DNA of 36,978 nucleotides, taken from a virus (taxonomy: Duplodnaviria; Caudoviricetes). The first letter of the stretch is position 1, and each line of letters begins with the position of its first letter. Shown here piece after piece: positions 26,439 through 34,527 of this stretch. The notes beneath the pieces are model-generated. The model searched no databases, had not been told where the DNA came from, and was given only the letters and a program-made list of their open reading frames with translations. The position numbers and the translations under genes were made by a program. The stretch spans positions 1 through 36,978 of the IMG/VR virus record IMGVR_UViG_3300017653_000008; one strand, written 5' to 3'.

Positions 26439-26575
26439 TTCTCCCCCTGGAGGTTTTCGATGGTGCCGATGGGTGGCGTGTAGGTGGTGGGGTGGCAGGC
26501 TCCGGCGATGAGTCCGCCGGCGAACAGTGCGGCGAGGAGCAGGGACGCCCGGATCCGGGTCCTGGGCGCGGTCAC
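26435..26575 (-). CDS. 46-aa putative lipoprotein
   Basis: MTAPRTRIRASLLLAALFAGGLIAGA-C: basic n-region, h-region and lipobox-like Cys; GTGA overlaps at both ends. Confidence 0.5.
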   Translation of the reverse strand: MTAPRTRIRASLLLAALFAGGLIAGACHPTTYTPPIGTIENLQGEK

Positions 26576-27123
26576 TGGTCGCCGTCCAGGGCAGTGGCTG
26601 TGGACGGCTGTGGGGGCTTCATGTGGGCCCCCACAGCCGCTCGGTCTCCTACGCTGTGTGCGCCAACATCAGCAGAAGGAGAAGTTTCATGGCGACACTT
26701 GTCTACAACGGGAAGCGCATCGGATTGGCTCCGCACGTGCTTGCGGAAGTTCATGCACTCGTATCGGTCGCGTTCCCTACCGGAAAGTGCTTCTCGATGG
26801 GCCTCGTCGGCACTGATGGCGACGGAGACGTGTTCCGAGACTTCTTGTGGATGCATCCGTCGATCCCGTTGGAGTTCATCTACGACGAGAGCGAGACGGC
26901 CAAGGTGAAGGAGAGTGTCATCGCCCTTCACCTGGAGGCGATCGAGAGTGTCGCTGTGGTGGTGATCGGTGATGCGAAGGGCTGGCTCCCGTTCGCATTC
27001 GAGCGGATGCCTGCAGGCGTCGACGCGCAGTAGTCGCGTGAGCTCTTCGCGCACGATGGCGCGGATGTCGTCGTGCGCGAGGGGTACGGGGGTGTTGCGG
27101 CCGATGGTGATGGTCAGCCTCAT
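26572..27123 (-). CDS. Uncertain 183-aa ORF spanning an antisense gene
   Basis: ATGA overlap with the antirepressor stop and GTGA overlap downstream; middle looks like shadow of the + gene. Confidence 0.35.
   Translation of the reverse strand: MRLTITIGRNTPVPLAHDDIRAIVREELTRLLRVDACRHPLECEREPALRITDHHHSDTLDRLQVKGDDTLLHLGRLALVVDELQRDRRMHPQEVSEHVSVAISADEAHREALSGRERDRYECMNFRKHVRSQSDALPVVDKCRHETSPSADVGAHSVGDRAAVGAHMKPPQPSTATALDGDQ
26689..27033 (+). CDS. Hypothetical 114-aa protein, opposite orientation (moron-like)
   Basis: Own -10 TACGCT (26650-26655), SD AAGGAG, globular composition (MATLVYNG...LWMHPSIPLEFIY). Confidence 0.75.
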   Translation: MATLVYNGKRIGLAPHVLAEVHALVSVAFPTGKCFSMGLVGTDGDGDVFRDFLWMHPSIPLEFIYDESETAKVKESVIALHLEAIESVAVVVIGDAKGWLPFAFERMPAGVDAQ

Positions 27124-27884
27124 GCCTGCGCTCCGTTCAGCTCGCGCTGCACAGGCTCGCGCACGGCGTCGAGCTTCTTCCGCAGGAACTCCAGCCCGCT
27201 CGGGCGCACCGAGGTGGTCGCGGTCGGCACGGTCTCGCCGGTCTTGCGGTTGGTGTATGTGCCGGGCGTGACCTTGAAGTGGTGGTCGTATCGCCGGTAC
27301 GGGAGGTTGTTGGTCTGGAGGACGCCGAGGCGGCGCATCTGAGCCATCATGACGTTGCGGCCCCAGCCGAGGATGCGCGCGGTCGCGGCCATCGAGTAGG
27401 TGCCGTCGGCGTCCATGAGTTCGTCGTAGAACTCGGCTTTGGGTTCGAGCTGTGCGATGCGCTGGTCCTTGGCGGCGAGCATCTGCTGTGCCTCGATGAC
27501 GGCGTGCGCGAGGAGCTCGGCGCCGGCGAGTGCGGGCTGGGTGCTGTAGCTGCCCGTGCGGCGGATGGTCGGGAGGACGTCGGTGGTGATCCACCGGCGG
27601 AATGCGGCGGCTTCGGGTTTGTCGCTGCGGATGACGACCTCGTACATGCCGGACTCGTTGACGATCGTCGTGGACTGCCTGCGACCGAGCGAGTCGGTGA
27701 CGTCCGCCTGGCGGACGGCATCCGGATCGAGACGCGCCGCGACGTTGCGCGGGTTCGCGATCTCGAGGACCGCGCAGAGGTCGAGCAGGACGAACCAGGG
27801 TTCGCCGTCGATGGTGATGGTCCGGACCGTGGTCGCACCGTATGCGAACGGGACCAGGTCTCCGGTAACGTTTGCGAGTGACAT
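27120..27884 (-). CDS. ant: Antirepressor (BRO-N + ANT/KilAC)
   Basis: DGEPWFV..DLC..L, NESGMY.V..RSDKPEA..FRRW.T..VLP.IRRTGSY, LEPKAEFYD, T.V.P.G..FL. Confidence 0.92.
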   Translation of the reverse strand: MSLANVTGDLVPFAYGATTVRTITIDGEPWFVLLDLCAVLEIANPRNVAARLDPDAVRQADVTDSLGRRQSTTIVNESGMYEVVIRSDKPEAAAFRRWITTDVLPTIRRTGSYSTQPALAGAELLAHAVIEAQQMLAAKDQRIAQLEPKAEFYDELMDADGTYSMAATARILGWGRNVMMAQMRRLGVLQTNNLPYRRYDHHFKVTPGTYTNRKTGETVPTATTSVRPSGLEFLRKKLDAVREPVQRELNGAQA

Positions 27885-27907
27885 CGAGCGGTCTCCTCGG
27901 TGTTCGT

Positions 27908-27941
27908 GCCCCGCGGAGTTGCTGCTCCGGCGGGGCTTTTT
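27908..27941 (+). terminator. Hairpin with plus-strand T-tract upstream of the ant RBS
   Basis: GCCCCGCGGAG-ttgctg-CTCCGGCGGGGC-TTTTT. Confidence 0.55.
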
Positions 27942-28002
27942 CGTGGTCGGGCTTCGAGCATACGCGAATGTTGTTCGTTGTTCGCAACACAACAACACTC
28001 AT

Positions 28003-29031
28003 CTATGCGCGTGTCTTCTCGGCCTTCGCTTGCTGATACAGGTCCTTGAGGCTCGGACGCCGCTCCGTGGCCTGAGCGTGTCCGCAGACGGCCGTATCGA
28101 CGTAACCGTCCTCGTCGCACAGGGAGCACTCCGCGATCGCTCTGGCGCGCTTCTGGGCCGCAGCACGGAGTTGCTCCGAGCGAGCCTCGGCGGCCACACG
28201 CTTCCGCTCGTCCTCCCAGGCGCGGCGCCGGCGGCGGGCCTCGCCGCAGGCGAAGCACGGCCGCTCGGTGCCGTCCGGATGGTCGATGCAATTCAGGGAG
28301 GGTGGTTCGTCTTCGCGCGCGCTGTCTCCTTCCGTACTTACGTAACCACTCTTTCTTTCTGGAGTAGGAGCAGGAGCAGGAGTAAGGCCGGGGTTGGGCG
28401 TGGGGTTAACCCCATCCCTTGGGTTTTCGTTAGCCGGGGGGTTGGGCGTGGGGTTAACCGAAGGGTTGGCGTAGGGGTTGGGCCAAGGGTTAGCGGAGGG
28501 GTTAGCAATGGGGTTGGAGCTGGGGTTACCGGCCGGGGTGAACGGCTCCAGAGACGCCGGATCCACTGCCTTCTGCTCCAGCATCGACACCACCGCGGCC
28601 CGCTCCCACGACGACAACCCCGGATGCGTGGCACGCACCTTCGACACCTCGTGCACGATCACCCCTCGCAACGTCCGAGACGCCAACTCGGCACGCGCGT
28701 TCGCCATCGACACGGCCATGTTCGGCACCTTCCACAGGCCGTCGTGCTTGATCCACGACCGCAACAGGAACTCCCCTGTCGTCTCGTCGATGAGCAGGAA
28801 CAGATCCCGGGACAACTCGGCGGCGGCACGCTCGACCGCAGCCGGCGTCCATCCCTTCGCTTTCGAGGCGATGCGGCCCGGGTGCCAGTCCCCCGCACCG
28901 CAGTACGACAGAGTCGGCCAGTTCCACAGCACGAAGTACAGGTGCTGCGCGGGTGGGGTGCAGTCGAGCCAGTCGTCGTCGCCCCAGATCCCGAGGTTCA
29001 TACGGGCGTGGTCTTTCCCGGTGGACGCCAT
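28003..29031 (-). CDS. Replication initiator (RepA-like HTH protein)
   Basis: IWGDDDW...AQHLYF.L...LSYCG..DW.P.R, RSW.KHDG; central NP repeats; C-terminal C..C pairs. Confidence 0.8.
   Translation of the reverse strand: MASTGKDHARMNLGIWGDDDWLDCTPPAQHLYFVLWNWPTLSYCGAGDWHPGRIASKAKGWTPAAVERAAAELSRDLFLLIDETTGEFLLRSWIKHDGLWKVPNMAVSMANARAELASRTLRGVIVHEVSKVRATHPGLSSWERAAVVSMLEQKAVDPASLEPFTPAGNPSSNPIANPSANPWPNPYANPSVNPTPNPPANENPRDGVNPTPNPGLTPAPAPTPERKSGYVSTEGDSAREDEPPSLNCIDHPDGTERPCFACGEARRRRRAWEDERKRVAAEARSEQLRAAAQKRARAIAECSLCDEDGYVDTAVCGHAQATERRPSLKDLYQQAKAEKTRA
28390..28539. repeat. 12-bp-period (G/A)GGGTT iterons, probable phage origin
   Basis: Hexamers at 28390, 28402, 28438, 28450, 28462, 28474, 28486, 28498, 28510 and 28522; 22-bp direct repeat 28390/28438; AT-richer tract at ~28335-28362. 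Confidence 0.75.
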
Positions 29032-29177
29032 CAGGCGGCCCTCCTTTCGAGCTGTTCGAGCGGGATGTGGTGCCCGCTCATCGGGCAGGTACTTCCCGCG
29101 GTGTCGTCGTGCCGGGTGACGCGGCCGGTGTACTCGGACGCGTGCACCTTCCGGCGGCACACCGGGCACTCGGTCAC
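29031..29177 (-). CDS. 48-aa zinc-finger-like protein
   Basis: MTECPVCRRKV...RHDD.AG..CPMSG; overlaps both neighbours. Confidence 0.65.
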   Translation of the reverse strand: MTECPVCRRKVHASEYTGRVTRHDDTAGSTCPMSGHHIPLEQLERRAA

Positions 29178-29581
29178 CACAACGTCATCTCCGGTTCAGC
29201 CCCGACGGCTGGCGCGAAGAGCTCTGCGACCGCGGTGTTCTCGTCGGCGGCGTGGATCGACATGCGTGCCTTCCGCGCTGCGATGCGGCGTTCCTCGGGC
29301 AGCGCTTCTGCCCAGGCCGTGATTTGCCGCCAGGTGAGGGTCACGGTGTGTTCGGGTGCGGTGATGCCGCGTTCTTCCATGTAGTCGCCGGGCTGGGTGA
29401 TGGCGATGCCCCATGTGTAGGTTTTGCGCCAGAGGCCGGCGGCGTGCCATTCCGGGTCGGTTGGGGTTCCGCCGCCGCGGGTGTCGCGGAGTTGGGGGCA
29501 CCAGTAGTCGGGTGCGTCGGCGAGTCCGAGGATCTGCCGGGGGTGGAGTTCGGTGAGTAGTCGGAGCTGATCGGGGGTCAC
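29174..29581 (-). CDS. Hypothetical protein
   Basis: 135 aa; GTGA-coupled at both ends. Confidence 0.65.
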   Translation of the reverse strand: MTPDQLRLLTELHPRQILGLADAPDYWCPQLRDTRGGGTPTDPEWHAAGLWRKTYTWGIAITQPGDYMEERGITAPEHTVTLTWRQITAWAEALPEERRIAARKARMSIHAADENTAVAELFAPAVGAEPEMTLW

Positions 29582-29919
29582 TGGTCACCGTCCAGGGCGC
29601 GACGAATGTCCCCGACTGTGTTGCCGATGAAGTCGGAGTTGATCCAGTCCCCGTCCGTGCTCATGCAGAGCGCCTGGACCCGTTCGATCGCAGCCTCTGC
29701 TCGCTCGAGCGCGTCGAGCAGAGCGGGAAGCGCATTCACTGCGGCGACGATCAGATCGGCCGCACACGGTCCTGCCTCGCCGATCCACTTAGCCATGTCG
29801 TCGCCTGCGTCTTCGCCGATCGTGCGGCCATCGGTGCAGACTTCCCAGTGGTCGCGTTTGCCGTCCTCGAGCAACTGCCGCAGTTCGGCGCGCCCTTCGG
29901 GTGTCGTCGGATCAGTCAC
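29578..29919 (-). CDS. Hypothetical protein (Ead/Ea22-like motifs)
   Basis: ADLIVAAVNALPALLDALERAEAAIERV. Confidence 0.65.
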   Translation of the reverse strand: MTDPTTPEGRAELRQLLEDGKRDHWEVCTDGRTIGEDAGDDMAKWIGEAGPCAADLIVAAVNALPALLDALERAEAAIERVQALCMSTDGDWINSDFIGNTVGDIRRALDGDQ

Positions 29920-30176
29920 GGCCGGTCTCCGATCTTGCGTTCGAGGGTGGTGGCAACGTCGTCGTACAGGCGCGCCGTGAATGGGGCTTCGGCTTCGCGG
30001 TGCGTCTGGGCGAGGTCGCGTAGGAGTTGGGCGTAATTGCGGATGTCGTCGAGTGCGGCGCGCATCTCGTCGATTTCGCGTACGGCGGATGCGATGCCGG
30101 TCTCGAGATCTTCGGTGTGGTCGCGGTGCAGCGGGTAGCCGTGGGTGGCGCGCTGCCGCTCGTGGTGCAGGCTCAT
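29916..30176 (-). CDS. Hypothetical protein
   Basis: 86 aa; overlap-coupled. Confidence 0.6.
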   Translation of the reverse strand: MSLHHERQRATHGYPLHRDHTEDLETGIASAVREIDEMRAALDDIRNYAQLLRDLAQTHREAEAPFTARLYDDVATTLERKIGDRP

Positions 30177-30538
30177 GGCGTCACCCGCTCAACGCCGTCG
30201 ATGTACGGCTCTTCCGGCGTGTTCCAGTAGATGTCGATCACGTACCGTCCGGGAGGTTCGTAGAGGAGTGCGTCGTCTACCTCGAGGTCCTGGTAAGGCG
30301 CGAGCACGCAGCCCTGGTACGGAACAGTCCAGCCGTAGCCGTCGTGGTACGTGTGCACCACGCCGTGCAGCTCCAATTCGTCACCCGAGCAAGGGTCGTC
30401 CTCTGGTCGTGTCTCGCAGCACTCCTGAAACCCGGAGCAGTGCTTCGGGCCGGGGCATTCCCAGGTGTACGTGAACTCGCCCGGGCATTCGAGATCGATG
30501 TCCTTGGTGACGATGTGCCGGCCGGTCGTTTCAGTCAT
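30173..30538 (-). CDS. Cys-rich acidic hypothetical protein
   Basis: ATG30538 overlaps the upstream stop; 121 aa. Confidence 0.6.
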   Translation of the reverse strand: MTETTGRHIVTKDIDLECPGEFTYTWECPGPKHCSGFQECCETRPEDDPCSGDELELHGVVHTYHDGYGWTVPYQGCVLAPYQDLEVDDALLYEPPGRYVIDIYWNTPEEPYIDGVERVTP

Positions 30539-30657
30539 TCGCTGTCCCCGATCTCGTAGAGGGCTTGTGAGGCGCGGTCGATGGTCCAGGCGGTGATGGT
30601 GAGCCATCCGGCGAGGCACAGGCCGGTGACACCGGCGGCACGAATGAGACGGGTCAT
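30535..30657 (-). CDS. 40-aa membrane peptide
   Basis: MTRLIRAAGVTGLCLAGWLTITAW...; SD GAGGAGG; ATGA overlaps. Confidence 0.55.
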   Translation of the reverse strand: MTRLIRAAGVTGLCLAGWLTITAWTIDRASQALYEIGDSE

Positions 30658-31100
30658 GGGTGGACCTCCTCGTTGGCGATCTCGAGGAGCACGTCGGCGT
30701 GGCACGACTGGTCGAGCGGGCACCAGCACGCGAGGTCACGTCCGGCCAGTTCGGCGCGGATGACCGCAAGCGGCTCGCCGCGACCGACGTTGTGCACGTC
30801 AAGCCGCAGCGCTCGCATCCGGTACATCTCGACGCACTGCTCCCTGGTAGCCAGTCGGACGTCGTGCCAGAAGCCGACCGGCATCCCGGCGTCATCCGTT
30901 CCCGTGCAGTAGAACGTCCGCTCCCCTGTCGGCTTGTGCAGGCGGCCCTCGTACTCCCACTCCGCGGCGACACCCGGGACGCGAATCTGGGCCTGGCCGA
31001 CGACGAATGGATTTCCCCACCTCGTCCCGCGCCCGACATACACGGCACCATCAGGCATCCGCCACCCCTTCGTGCGCTTACGTTGGATTCGCTTGGGCAT
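30654..31100 (-). CDS. DUF4326 domain protein
   Basis: RIQR.R.KGWRMP..AVYVGR.T.WGNPF...LAG.DLACWC...CHADVL. Confidence 0.9.
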   Translation of the reverse strand: MPKRIQRKRTKGWRMPDGAVYVGRGTRWGNPFVVGQAQIRVPGVAAEWEYEGRLHKPTGERTFYCTGTDDAGMPVGFWHDVRLATREQCVEMYRMRALRLDVHNVGRGEPLAVIRAELAGRDLACWCPLDQSCHADVLLEIANEEVHP

Positions 31101-31420
31101 CAGGCCCCCTCGTACTTCAGGACCACCCGGGCCCCGTCCGCGTCCGTGAACCGCACGATGTAGCCGTCCATCGTCTCCGCGACCGTCGCGAGAGTTCCGG
31201 TCTCGCGCAGGAGATCGCAGCGACGCCGGACCGCGGCGGCGGCCGTTCCGGACTGCATCACCGTCGACGTCGTAGTGCGCGTCACCGTCAACCGATGCGG
31301 CCCCGTGGCACCCGGGGGCGCGGCCACGACGACCGCGCTCCCCCGGGAGTTGTGCTTCCATTCGTGCGCCGGGTCCGCGCCCGGATCTCCCCCGGTGTAC
31401 GCGCTGATGGGTTGGGTCAC
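31100..31420 (-). CDS. Hypothetical protein
   Basis: 106 aa; overlap-coupled. Confidence 0.55.
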   Translation of the reverse strand: MTQPISAYTGGDPGADPAHEWKHNSRGSAVVVAAPPGATGPHRLTVTRTTTSTVMQSGTAAAAVRRRCDLLRETGTLATVAETMDGYIVRFTDADGARVVLKYEGA

Positions 31421-31791
31421 TGGGGATCTCCGATCGTGAGCCAGAGAGAGCCAGGACGGCCCTTCTTTGCTGCGTGGATTACGGGCATGAGCTTCTGCAT
31501 CAGCTCAGGGGTGTCGTCGGCGGTGAGCCCGTAGTCGACGAGACCGTCGCATGCTGCTTTGAGCACCGGCATGAGGTTGTCGGCGTCGCGCCGACGGTTG
31601 TCGCGCGGCCGGTAGTGCAGGCACACCGTGACGCGGCCGCGGCCGGTCGGCACCTTCGCTTGCCTGGCGAGCGTGTGTGTGACCTCGCGGATCGACGCGG
31701 TGATCGCGGCCTTCTTTCGCCAGTGCAGCCGGTCGTTCATCGACAGCGGAGGCTTCTCGTACGGCAACTCGAGCACGATGTCGACGCTCAC
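31417..31791 (-). CDS. rusA: RusA-like Holliday junction resolvase
   Basis: PPLS.N, RRRDADNL...K...DGLVD.G...DD catalytic pattern. Confidence 0.85.
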   Translation of the reverse strand: MSVDIVLELPYEKPPLSMNDRLHWRKKAAITASIREVTHTLARQAKVPTGRGRVTVCLHYRPRDNRRRDADNLMPVLKAACDGLVDYGLTADDTPELMQKLMPVIHAAKKGRPGSLWLTIGDPQ

Positions 31792-32129
31792 CAGACGAAC
31801 CCCGTCGCCTGGTGTACCTCGGCACGCTCCGCCAGCACCAGACGGCGAGCAGCCAGCAGCGCAGCGGCGGTCTCCTGCAGCTCGTCGGGCGACAGGATCT
31901 CCCCAGCCACCCAAGCCTCGGGACCGGCGACCGTCGCGAGCTGGAAACCGCCGGACGAGTCGGACCAGGTGACGCCGTGCTCATCCTCGAACGACGAAGC
32001 GGGAAGCTCGACCACCTCGTGCCGCTCGAGGATTGTGCGCGCGAGGTTCGCGGCGGTGTCGGCAACCAGCTCCGGCGCGCCGGGCATCAGCGCCGCGGCG
32101 ATCAGCCCCTTCAGTTCAGATTGGTTCAT
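31788..32129 (-). CDS. Hypothetical protein
   Basis: SD GGAGG; AAALLAAR C-terminal motif common in actinophage early genes. Confidence 0.65.
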   Translation of the reverse strand: MNQSELKGLIAAALMPGAPELVADTAANLARTILERHEVVELPASSFEDEHGVTWSDSSGGFQLATVAGPEAWVAGEILSPDELQETAAALLAARRLVLAERAEVHQATGFVW

Positions 32130-32147
32130 TCCTTGCCTCCAAAGGGA

Positions 32148-32218
32148 TGCCGGGGGCGGTGTGGTGCGCACATCTGGTGCGCCGGATCAGGACTCCGTCG
32201 GCACACCGCCACCCGGCA
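32148..32218 (-). other. Three-way-junction RNA structure
   Basis: 16-bp outer stem with one bulge enclosing two small hairpins. Confidence 0.5.
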
Positions 32219-32229
32219 AGATCAGGTGT

Positions 32230-33132
32230 TCAGTCGTTCGGCACCGCGGCGAGCTTCGCGGCAGCCTGTGAACCCAGGTAGGTGATCAGATCGCCGAGCA
32301 CACCCGGCCGGCCTTCGGCGTCGGTCGTCGGAGAACCGAGCATCCGATGCCCCTTCACCTCCGCGTACAGCGCGAGCAGACCAGCCTTGTTCCCGGTGAG
32401 ATCCAGAGCGCGCTTGCGGAACTCGGCCGCCGTCGGTACCTGCACACCATCCGACAGCCAAGCGTCGATCTGGTGGGCAAGCTCCTCACCGGGCAGAGGG
32501 ATGACCACGTTGGTGAGTGTGTGAATGCGGGACTTCGTCACTCGCATCGTGTTCTGCACATCCAACTCACCGATCAGGTCGAACTCGTACTCGATGCCGT
32601 CCCGCTGGATCGGCTTCAAACCGACCTTCTGCGGCTCCTTCTTGCCCTTCTCGTTCTCGACGATCACGTACTCCGTCTTCGTGCGGAGCGTGACGATCAC
32701 GTGCCCAGGGAAGGAGATGATGGCGTCGATCATGCGACGCTCCTCAGGTCGCATGTCCTTCCATCCCGACGTGAACTTGTTGGCACCAGACTTGCGGTCG
32801 ACCTGCTCGAGCATCCCGTCCGCGCCCTCCCAGTAGTGCGAGAGCGAATCGATGATGACGACGCCGTACCCGCCGCCGGCCGCCAAGCCGAGCAGGTCCA
32901 CCAGCGACCGCGGGCTGTACGAGTCCGGCTGAACGGTGTCGAACGTCCAGCCGTTGAGCCCGACGTACTTCGAGGCGGAACCTCGTTCGGTGTCGATCAC
33001 CGCGACTCGATCCGACAGTGCGGTCGCGAGCGCAAGGGCGGTGTACGTCTTTCCGGAACCCGACGGGCCGCAGAGCGCGATCCTGGCCTTGCTGGCCTCC
33101 TTGGTGGCTGGCGCGAAGCTGAGAGCGGTCAC
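32230..33132 (-). CDS. AAA ATPase, Sak4-like recombination protein
   Basis: Walker A GPSGSGKT, IDTE.GS, IIDSLSH.W, QRDGIEYEFD. Confidence 0.9.
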   Translation of the reverse strand: MTALSFAPATKEASKARIALCGPSGSGKTYTALALATALSDRVAVIDTERGSASKYVGLNGWTFDTVQPDSYSPRSLVDLLGLAAGGGYGVVIIDSLSHYWEGADGMLEQVDRKSGANKFTSGWKDMRPEERRMIDAIISFPGHVIVTLRTKTEYVIVENEKGKKEPQKVGLKPIQRDGIEYEFDLIGELDVQNTMRVTKSRIHTLTNVVIPLPGEELAHQIDAWLSDGVQVPTAAEFRKRALDLTGNKAGLLALYAEVKGHRMLGSPTTDAEGRPGVLGDLITYLGSQAAAKLAAVPND

Positions 33133-33638
33133 TGCGCACCACCTTCGAGCGCGAGCACCTCGCCGAGGTTCAACTCGCCGGCAGCGGCCATGCCACGCAC
33201 CAGCTCCACGACGTTCTTCGCGGGCGTGAACCGCGGTGTCGGGGCCTTCGCGGGCGGCACCGACACCGAGACGCCCGGCAGGTCGAAGTAGTCCTCCGAC
33301 CCGGCGGCCTTGTGCGCCTCGAGGACGTACGCCTCAAGCGAGGCGCGCCCCTGGTCGGTGAGCACCACACGCTCCTCGATGACCTCGGGCCCGAACGTCT
33401 CGACGAGCCATGGGAACACCTGCGCCTCATCGGTGATCGTCACGACTGGCTTCGGCTTCGTCGGCTTCGGCACCGTCGCGTACCCGAGCTCGGCGCCGGA
33501 CGCCGTGTAGGCGTAGGCGGTACCGCGAGCGATCTGCCCAGTCAACGCGGCCTTCTCCCGGGCCTCCGCCTCGGCCAGCAACTTCTTCGCGGCGGCGATC
33601 GCGGCGAGGTTGCGGACAGTGGTCTCGATGGCGCTCAT
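33129..33638 (-). CDS. Hypothetical protein (recombination module partner)
   Basis: 169 aa upstream of the AAA ATPase; ITDE...W, LPGV motifs. Confidence 0.7.
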   Translation of the reverse strand: MSAIETTVRNLAAIAAAKKLLAEAEAREKAALTGQIARGTAYAYTASGAELGYATVPKPTKPKPVVTITDEAQVFPWLVETFGPEVIEERVVLTDQGRASLEAYVLEAHKAAGSEDYFDLPGVSVSVPPAKAPTPRFTPAKNVVELVRGMAAAGELNLGEVLALEGGAQ

Positions 33639-33865
33639 CGTGCAAAGCCCTTCAGCTCGGCGAGGCGGCCGAGTGCGAACTCGACGGCCTGCTCGTGGGT
33701 GGGAAACGAACCTGCCAGCGCCTCACGGTCGATGACGTTGCGGAAGGCGATCTGCACGGCCCACGGACGGCCCGGGGGCAGCGGCTGGGAGATGTGCTTG
33801 CCGTGACGGATACGCAGGTAGCAACCGCGGGTGCGGGCCGTCTCGACGATCTGCGCCCGGCTCAT
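33635..33865 (-). CDS. Hypothetical protein
   Basis: GSFPTHEQAV motif; ATG33865 overlaps the upstream stop (33877 is an alternative start). Confidence 0.6.
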   Translation of the reverse strand: MSRAQIVETARTRGCYLRIRHGKHISQPLPPGRPWAVQIAFRNVIDREALAGSFPTHEQAVEFALGRLAELKGFAR

Positions 33866-34002
33866 GGCAACGGCCATGTCAGTTCCTCTCGGTCGTTGTC
33901 GAGCAACAGCTCGAGGTGGTTGTCGGTGTCGGTGTCCTGCCTCGTGGTGCAGCCGGGCTCATGCCCGAACCCGGCTGCACCGCAGGTGCACTCACGACGC
34001 AT
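33862..34002 (-). CDS. 46-aa CxC-HExGC mini-protein
   Basis: MRRECTCGAAGFGHEPGCTT...; paralogous motif in 34336..34527. Confidence 0.6.
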   Translation of the reverse strand: MRRECTCGAAGFGHEPGCTTRQDTDTDNHLELLLDNDREELTWPLP

Positions 34003-34336
34003 TGCGTGCCTGCAGGTCGCGGTCGTAGCAGGGGCCGCACATGCCCTTGGCGCGGATGGCGACAGTCCCAGGCCACATGCCCGGGTCCTCGCCCTGGTTC
34101 CGCATCGGTTTCCCGCATTGCTCGCAGCGGCGCTGGCACTTCACCGGCCCAGCGGCAACCTCTGCGGTGATGACAGGCTCGATGAGGCCGAGCATCTCGA
34201 GGAGCCGGCGTGCATCCTCGACGCTGCGGGCGTTGGCGGCGACGGTGCGGCGTGCCGGTTCGATGACGTACTCCGGCATCGTGGTGTCACCGAACTGCGC
34301 GGACTCGAGGATGTGGACGCTCTGTCGCTTCGCCAT
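33992..34336 (-). CDS. Zinc-ribbon protein
   Basis: CEQCG...GMCGPCY. Confidence 0.7.
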   Translation of the reverse strand: MAKRQSVHILESAQFGDTTMPEYVIEPARRTVAANARSVEDARRLLEMLGLIEPVITAEVAAGPVKCQRRCEQCGKPMRNQGEDPGMWPGTVAIRAKGMCGPCYDRDLQARNAS

Positions 34337-34527
34337 CAGGCCACCGCCTTCGGGCAGCCGTCGCAGATGCCGTCAGCCCAGCCGCAGCACCGCGTGTCCG
34401 CGGGCTCGAAGGCTGTGGTGCCGCAGCCGATCTCGTGCTGAGGGAATCCCGGGGCCGTGCCTGCGCAGGTGCAGGTGCGGCGCTCGCGGTTCGTCGTCCG
34501 AACCGGACTGTCGATGAAAATGGTCAC
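34336..34527 (-). CDS. 63-aa Cys-rich protein
   Basis: RTCTCAGTAPGFPQHEIGCGTT...CC...C..C; SD GGAGG; GTGA overlap. Confidence 0.6.
   Translation of the reverse strand: MTIFIDSPVRTTNRERRTCTCAGTAPGFPQHEIGCGTTAFEPADTRCCGWADGICDGCPKAVA

Noticed and set aside
27963-27985. SOS box at the antirepressor promoter
   Set aside because: CGAAC...TTCG arms have the wrong spacing for TCGAAC-N4-GTTCGA
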